Source: Vairimorpha necatrix
Lineage: Eukaryota
DNA length: 64,000 bases
NCBI GenBank assembly: GCA_036630325.1
Contig: CP142734.1
Span: forward strand, 496,001-560,000
Direction: 5' to 3'
Each line of letters starts with the position of its first letter. The stretch's first letter is position 1. Under the pieces are notes generated by a model that ran no database searches, had not been told where the DNA came from, and saw only the letters and a list, made by a program, of their open reading frames with translations. A program made the translations under genes and the position numbers. This document shows positions 58,531 through 64,000 of this stretch, in pieces.

Positions 58531-59283
58531 ATGATTTTTCCCGCTAACCTAGTTGTTCATTTTTGTATCTCTCCAATACTTGAAAAATCGAATTTACTTC
58601 CTAATAACGATATCAGAACAAATGAAGAAGTCAAATCTTTAGAAAATAAACTTAATAGTAATTTTTTAATGAATTTTGATGGCTTGTCGCGGAATGTAAA
58701 CCAAGCGATTGACCTTAATATTTATAATAAAATAGTTCGAGATTTTTTTGCAATTATTACTCAACATCCCGATATTAAAAAAAAACTTGATAATTTGATA
58801 TCTAAGAAAACAGAAATTTCCCAGACTCTCTTCTTCCCACTCTTCAAAGAATTTTTATATGATTTGGACTTGGGAAAATTACAAGAAACGAAATGTTTAG
58901 CTGTTACAACTTTTTTAAATTCATTGGCCGAGAAAAGTTATAATTTATTATTAAGATTATCTAGTATTAAAAACTTGAATATTTATAAAAATAACAGGGG
59001 AAATATAAAATATCAGATACTTAATAGTGTAGATCTGGAATTTGATGAAAATTGCGAAAGTAAAATTACTCAACTTTTTGATAATCAGGAATACAATAGG
59101 TTCATCATAACGTTTAGTGAGATTAATGACGAGGAACATGTTCGAAACAAAAGAAATGTTCCGATTTATATTACTACAAGAAAACCGATATTATTGGACG
59201 ACGTAAAAAAAGTATACTTAGCAGGGGACAATAGGGTAATGTGTATAAATGGCATTTGCACGCCATTATTAAGTATTTCGTGA
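58531..59283 (+). CDS. Hypothetical, probably secreted protein
   Basis: CCC-ATG at 58531, hydrophobic N-terminus, long ORF in AT-rich DNA. Confidence 0.75.
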   Translation: MIFPANLVVHFCISPILEKSNLLPNNDIRTNEEVKSLENKLNSNFLMNFDGLSRNVNQAIDLNIYNKIVRDFFAIITQHPDIKKKLDNLISKKTEISQTLFFPLFKEFLYDLDLGKLQETKCLAVTTFLNSLAEKSYNLLLRLSSIKNLNIYKNNRGNIKYQILNSVDLEFDENCESKITQLFDNQEYNRFIITFSEINDEEHVRNKRNVPIYITTRKPILLDDVKKVYLAGDNRVMCINGICTPLLSIS

Positions 59284-61491
59284 ATTAAATGGCTTCCTTT
59301 ATAAATACGTATTAATTAATTTTTATCATGAAATTCAAAAATATTTATATTTATCTTTGTTTAAATCGCGCTTGCAAATTTTTTGAAAAATTTCATTGAA
59401 TATAAAATATGCTCGGTTATTGCGCCATAAACTTTAACTTGTGTTAAAGAGGAATATATTTTCTTGATGTACATTTTAAAGTTTTGAATTCTATATAAAA
59501 AACAACCCAAAGTCAATAATTATACATAATTCTCTTAGATATTTTTCATAAAGCAATTTGACTTGAGATAAAAAAATATTAAATGTAAAGCTTTGGCTTA
59601 TATGCCGGAATTAACTCATGAAAACTTGGCACGCCAACTAGTCTATCGAAATTTGTTTAATTATAGAACCAAGAATTGCTTTTTTGTCATAAAATCCCCA
59701 TACAGTTCTTTTATCTTCTTTGCATAGTCACATCAAAATTGCCTTGTGAATTATTATGTCTAATAGTTTTTTAAATTATAATATGAAATGATATAATTTG
59801 ATTTATAAATTCTTGTCTTTTTAATTAGAAGGTAAATAAAAAATGAAAATATTTTGTTTTTATATAAACTACATTTTGAAATTTATTTGATTAAAACATT
59901 TAAGTTAAGCCCATTTGTGCAAATAATGTAGATATGTTTCTATCACATCATAAATAACATTATTATCTTAGTTTTTAATTCAATGATGCTTAAAAAAATT
60001 TCTCATGGGCTTCTTTGACTTATAAAATAAAAAACTATCTATTGTAAGGGATGACTGAACGATATAGATCGACTATTTGCTTTGTTTTATTAATTTATGT
60101 GTTTATATGCCTTGAGATAAAAAGCTTTCAAAAAATACGTATCATTATCATTTAAGAAAACTTTTAAGATCCAAATGTATCAAATTCTAGAATGATATTA
60201 ATTATAATAGCAACAGTTCACTAGATTCTTGTCTTTAATCTTTTGCTTTTATATGGTTTAGTTTTTTATGGTAGTTACAACAAGTTCGATATAAAGATTC
60301 TTTGAATAAAATCAACAGAAATTTAATATTTTTATATATTACTGTATTGTTTAATTTGTCTATATAACAACTGAAGCTATGGTTTTTCATAACATTAATT
60401 TCCACTTAGTTGTTTTCTACCTGGGGTTGTTTGGTGGGGAATCCTCGACGCATTGACGATTAAATAGTTTTCTAGTTTCATTGAACCAGAATCTAGCTCT
60501 CAGATATTTTTATCAATAATATCATATTTATTCTGAACCAATATGCCTTATAGTACTTTATTTTTGATACCAGCGTCAAATTTGTAACAAAGAAAATAAG
60601 ATAACAACATCATAGGCCTAAAAAAATATTCATTGAAAGAAATTATTTTGTAATTATAGTACACAATGATAAAATTTATAATGGTCAAATTTTAAAATTT
60701 TCTATATGCCAAAAATATCCTATTTAATAATAAAATTATATTTAAACAAATGTCAAAAAATAAATAATTGAAATATTACAGTATGCATATTATTTATTAA
60801 ACCTCGGCTGAATTTTTTCTAAAATATTTTAGATCGCTATATTCAATATGCAGGAAGCTCTAAGATACTCTTAAAAACATCATTTGATCAATCAAAATAA
60901 AAACACAATTATTATAGATCACTTAGCATACAGCTAAAGAATAATTTAAAATATATGGCATACTACGTGTTTTTTACATTTTAATTTTAATTAAAACTCT
61001 GCCGTTTAAATACTGATTGAGCCTTATTAATTGTAAAAAATTGTCTTTTGGGGCAAAATAAATCATTATATATTGTATACTAGCCTCTGATAGTTTCTTA
61101 TATGTTAACCTGGACTAAATGGTAATAAATGATCACGAAACACTTTAATGAGGAGCTACAAGTCAAGTCAAATTGTGACACATATTCAAATATACCCTCG
61201 AAACCCCCATTTTGTATGTCTCAAATTTTTTTAGAACCCGCTCATTATCAGTAGAAAACAGAGGCTTTAGTATTTAAATAGCAATTTTGTGACCTTACAT
61301 TGACTATATTAAATTTCAAATAATTATAATTACAACAATTCTTGCTTAAAAATTTGATTATCTTTGTATACTGGACCAAAACACTGTTTTTTATGTTAAT
61401 ATGAAATATATAAAACGATATTAATGTATCTAAAAATAATAAAGAAAGTGAATTTATCAAAAAAAGAGAAGTAAATATTAGACAAGTTGAT

Positions 61492-61884
61492 TTATTTGTA
61501 GTTAATCATTCCACAACTTAGATTTTTCATGAACCACGCCTTCCACGAATTTTGTCTCTTTTTTTCTTCTTGTGCTCTATTGTTTTCGTAATTTATTTTA
61601 TCTTGAATAAAACTTTTGACTTTGGACTGCTTTATTCCCTCCCACCAAAAAATATGCTTGACAACCTCACCATTATTTTTATATCTTATAATATCGACAA
61701 ATGGATCAGCCAGCCAACCAGTTAGCTGATTAATTTCTGCCTGTGAATCCCCCGATACTTCCACTATGGCATCAGTGGGTTTGGTTACGGTGTCCTCATA
61801 CATTGGGCCTAACATATTTTCTTTTCTTTTGGCATGTTTTAATATATCAAAGATATATGAGAGTCTTCTAGGTTTGAATAACAT
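61492..61884 (-). CDS. Hypothetical protein, 130 aa
   Basis: CCCCA-ATG start and coding-like composition. No family recognised. Confidence 0.7.
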   Translation of the reverse strand: MLFKPRRLSYIFDILKHAKRKENMLGPMYEDTVTKPTDAIVEVSGDSQAEINQLTGWLADPFVDIIRYKNNGEVVKHIFWWEGIKQSKVKSFIQDKINYENNRAQEEKKRQNSWKAWFMKNLSCGMINYK

Positions 61885-64000
61885 TGGGGTGTTGATAATT
61901 TTTAAAATAAATATTTTTTTTGTTTATATATATTAATTTACAAATAAACTGTTTTAATTTATTTTTAGAAGGGGCTTTTTTAAAAAAAAGCAGAAAAAGA
62001 GCAATATATTGAGACAGAAGACTGAAATTTACATCAAAAATTAATTTTTTTTTTGTTTACATGATTTGCAAAAGTTTTATTACAATAAAGTAATCAATTT
62101 TATTACATATATTTTTTTTCATTAATCTTTTAATAATTAACAATTTTTATGTTGTCTATAATTGTTTGTTTTTATAATGCCTATTGAATATTTCTAGTAT
62201 TTTATTGTGTCTTATAATATTATATGATAACTATGATACAGTCACGATTTGCAAAAAATAATAATTTTTTACATTTTAATGTCTTTTAAATTTTTAGTTT
62301 TAATTACATAAAAAAAGATCAACCGTCAAAAATACAATCTAGAATATACGTAAGTAATTTACATTATCATTGATTCTTATATCATGGTACAACGTCGTTT
62401 ATTATATTTAAAAAGATCAATATATTTTGCTTTTTCTAAGTTTTATGGTAAAAAATGTGGTATAAATGTTGAACATGCGTAGTCTTTAAACGCGCAAAAT
62501 TTTTACATAAATTTTGTCCAAAACCTTGAAACAAATAGGTCTATTTTGTCAATATTGTTTATTAAAGATGTATAATTATAAGGATAAAAGTACAACCAAA
62601 ATATTTTTTAATAGATGTAATTTTATACATTTATCACAAAAAGTGAGCCTTTTTTGTTATATTATTTATAAAAAACTCCACTACTATCATGTTAAATTGT
62701 GATTTATCAAATACATAAAATATTTAATATGTAATAAAATTGAAAATGTACAAGCTATAGGATAAAGTTTTAAAATAATCATTTTTCTATGGCTTATAAT
62801 TGTGGCTAAAAGCGATTATGTATTTTTTAGTAATAAAAAAATTTTATATTGTTGTTTAAGAAATTTTAGGAAAATAATTTAATCTTAATAAAAAATTTAC
62901 GAATTTTCTCAATTTTTTCCTGTTTCTAACAAAAAGTTTATTGTTTTATTGTAAATTATTGAATCGAAAACTCGAAAGAAAACAAAATAATGTTATTTTT
63001 TAAGACTTATTTTTAAAAATTTTTAAAAGAGATCATGTAAATTTTTATTTAGAAAGTATAAATGACAAAGATATAAATGATATTAGAGTTCGATCAACGT
63101 CCTACTGTCTTTTTTTAAAAATTTAATCAAATTACGCTATGATTTTTTGAAGATTATATACATTATTTTAATTGTCACGTTTTGAAGAGACCTTAACAAT
63201 TCAATATAATCAAAAATGATTTTTAGAATTAACAACAACTGAAACCATGAATTTTTAAGAAGGTCATTGAATTAATCTTCTAACAATGCTCAAAATCTTG
63301 CAAAGAAATCAATGAAACGAAGAATTGTGTGGGAGTTTTTAAGTTATAATTATTCTATTAACTTTAGTATAAGACAAAGAATACTTGCGTCTAAATGTTT
63401 GTATCTAATGTTTCTATTTTATATTTTATGTGCTAGATACATTGACTTTTTCGTGTTGTATTTTTTTTAATATTCTATAATTAATTTGTTTTTTGAAATA
63501 TCAAGTTCAATCACAAAAAAAATTACTCAATAGGTTATTTTAATTAGACGTGCATTCAAGAGGCACAAAACATTTCAAGTATTATATATAACAAAACCGA
63601 GCATTAATCAACCTCAAGATAACCGTTCATTCATACTTTTTTCAAAAAACAAACTAAAATTATTACTTTAGCCAAATAGTTTTTTTAGTTTATAATGAAC
63701 TATCATAAAAAGTATATGGATAAATCTAAATTATTATATGTTTTGGCGAAAATTAAAATCTGGTATATTACAGATATTAGTTATAATTTTTAGTTAGAGC
63801 TTTTGTTTCTTGTAGGCAATTCCACGGCCTTCAAAATTATAATACACCCAATCATATACTATAATTGTCAATTTTGATCGAAAAAAGCTGATAATCGCAT
63901 ATACTCTGTAGTTTACACAAGAAAAACATTAGTTGATGATTGTAAAGATGTCAACAATTTCATTTAAAAAATGCTATTTAATAAAAACATACCTCTAATT

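Noticed and set aside
59560-60560. Possible LINE relic on the minus strand
   Set aside because: Only vague composition cues and no defensible motif

Overview
AT-rich eukaryotic DNA, inferred to be microsporidian (Nosema/Vairimorpha-like) from intronless compact genes, CCC motifs just upstream of ATGs and ricin-B-like secreted proteins. A dense core-gene island (21.8-30.2 kb) holds HAM1/ITPase, acetyl-CoA synthetase, a degenerate dUTPase-like gene, YPI1 (missed by the ORF track), an RPB11/RPC19-family subunit, GPD1, PMM and thymidylate kinase. It is surrounded by sparse lineage-specific genes and many mobile elements: two Tc1 elements, two Merlin deletion derivatives, one longer Merlin, LINE relics and four Ty3/gypsy elements. 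Highlights: (1) three Ty3/gypsy elements with miniature LTRs (38, about 38 and 57 bp), two of them apparently lacking a protease; (2) a tRNA-headed SINE-like element with a 5'-truncated poly(A) second copy; (3) an intact gypsy with hairpin-chain LTRs and a palindrome instead of a tRNA PBS; (4) a Merlin whose terminal inverted repeat matches the in-frame coding sequence of its target. All calls were made by eye, without database searches.
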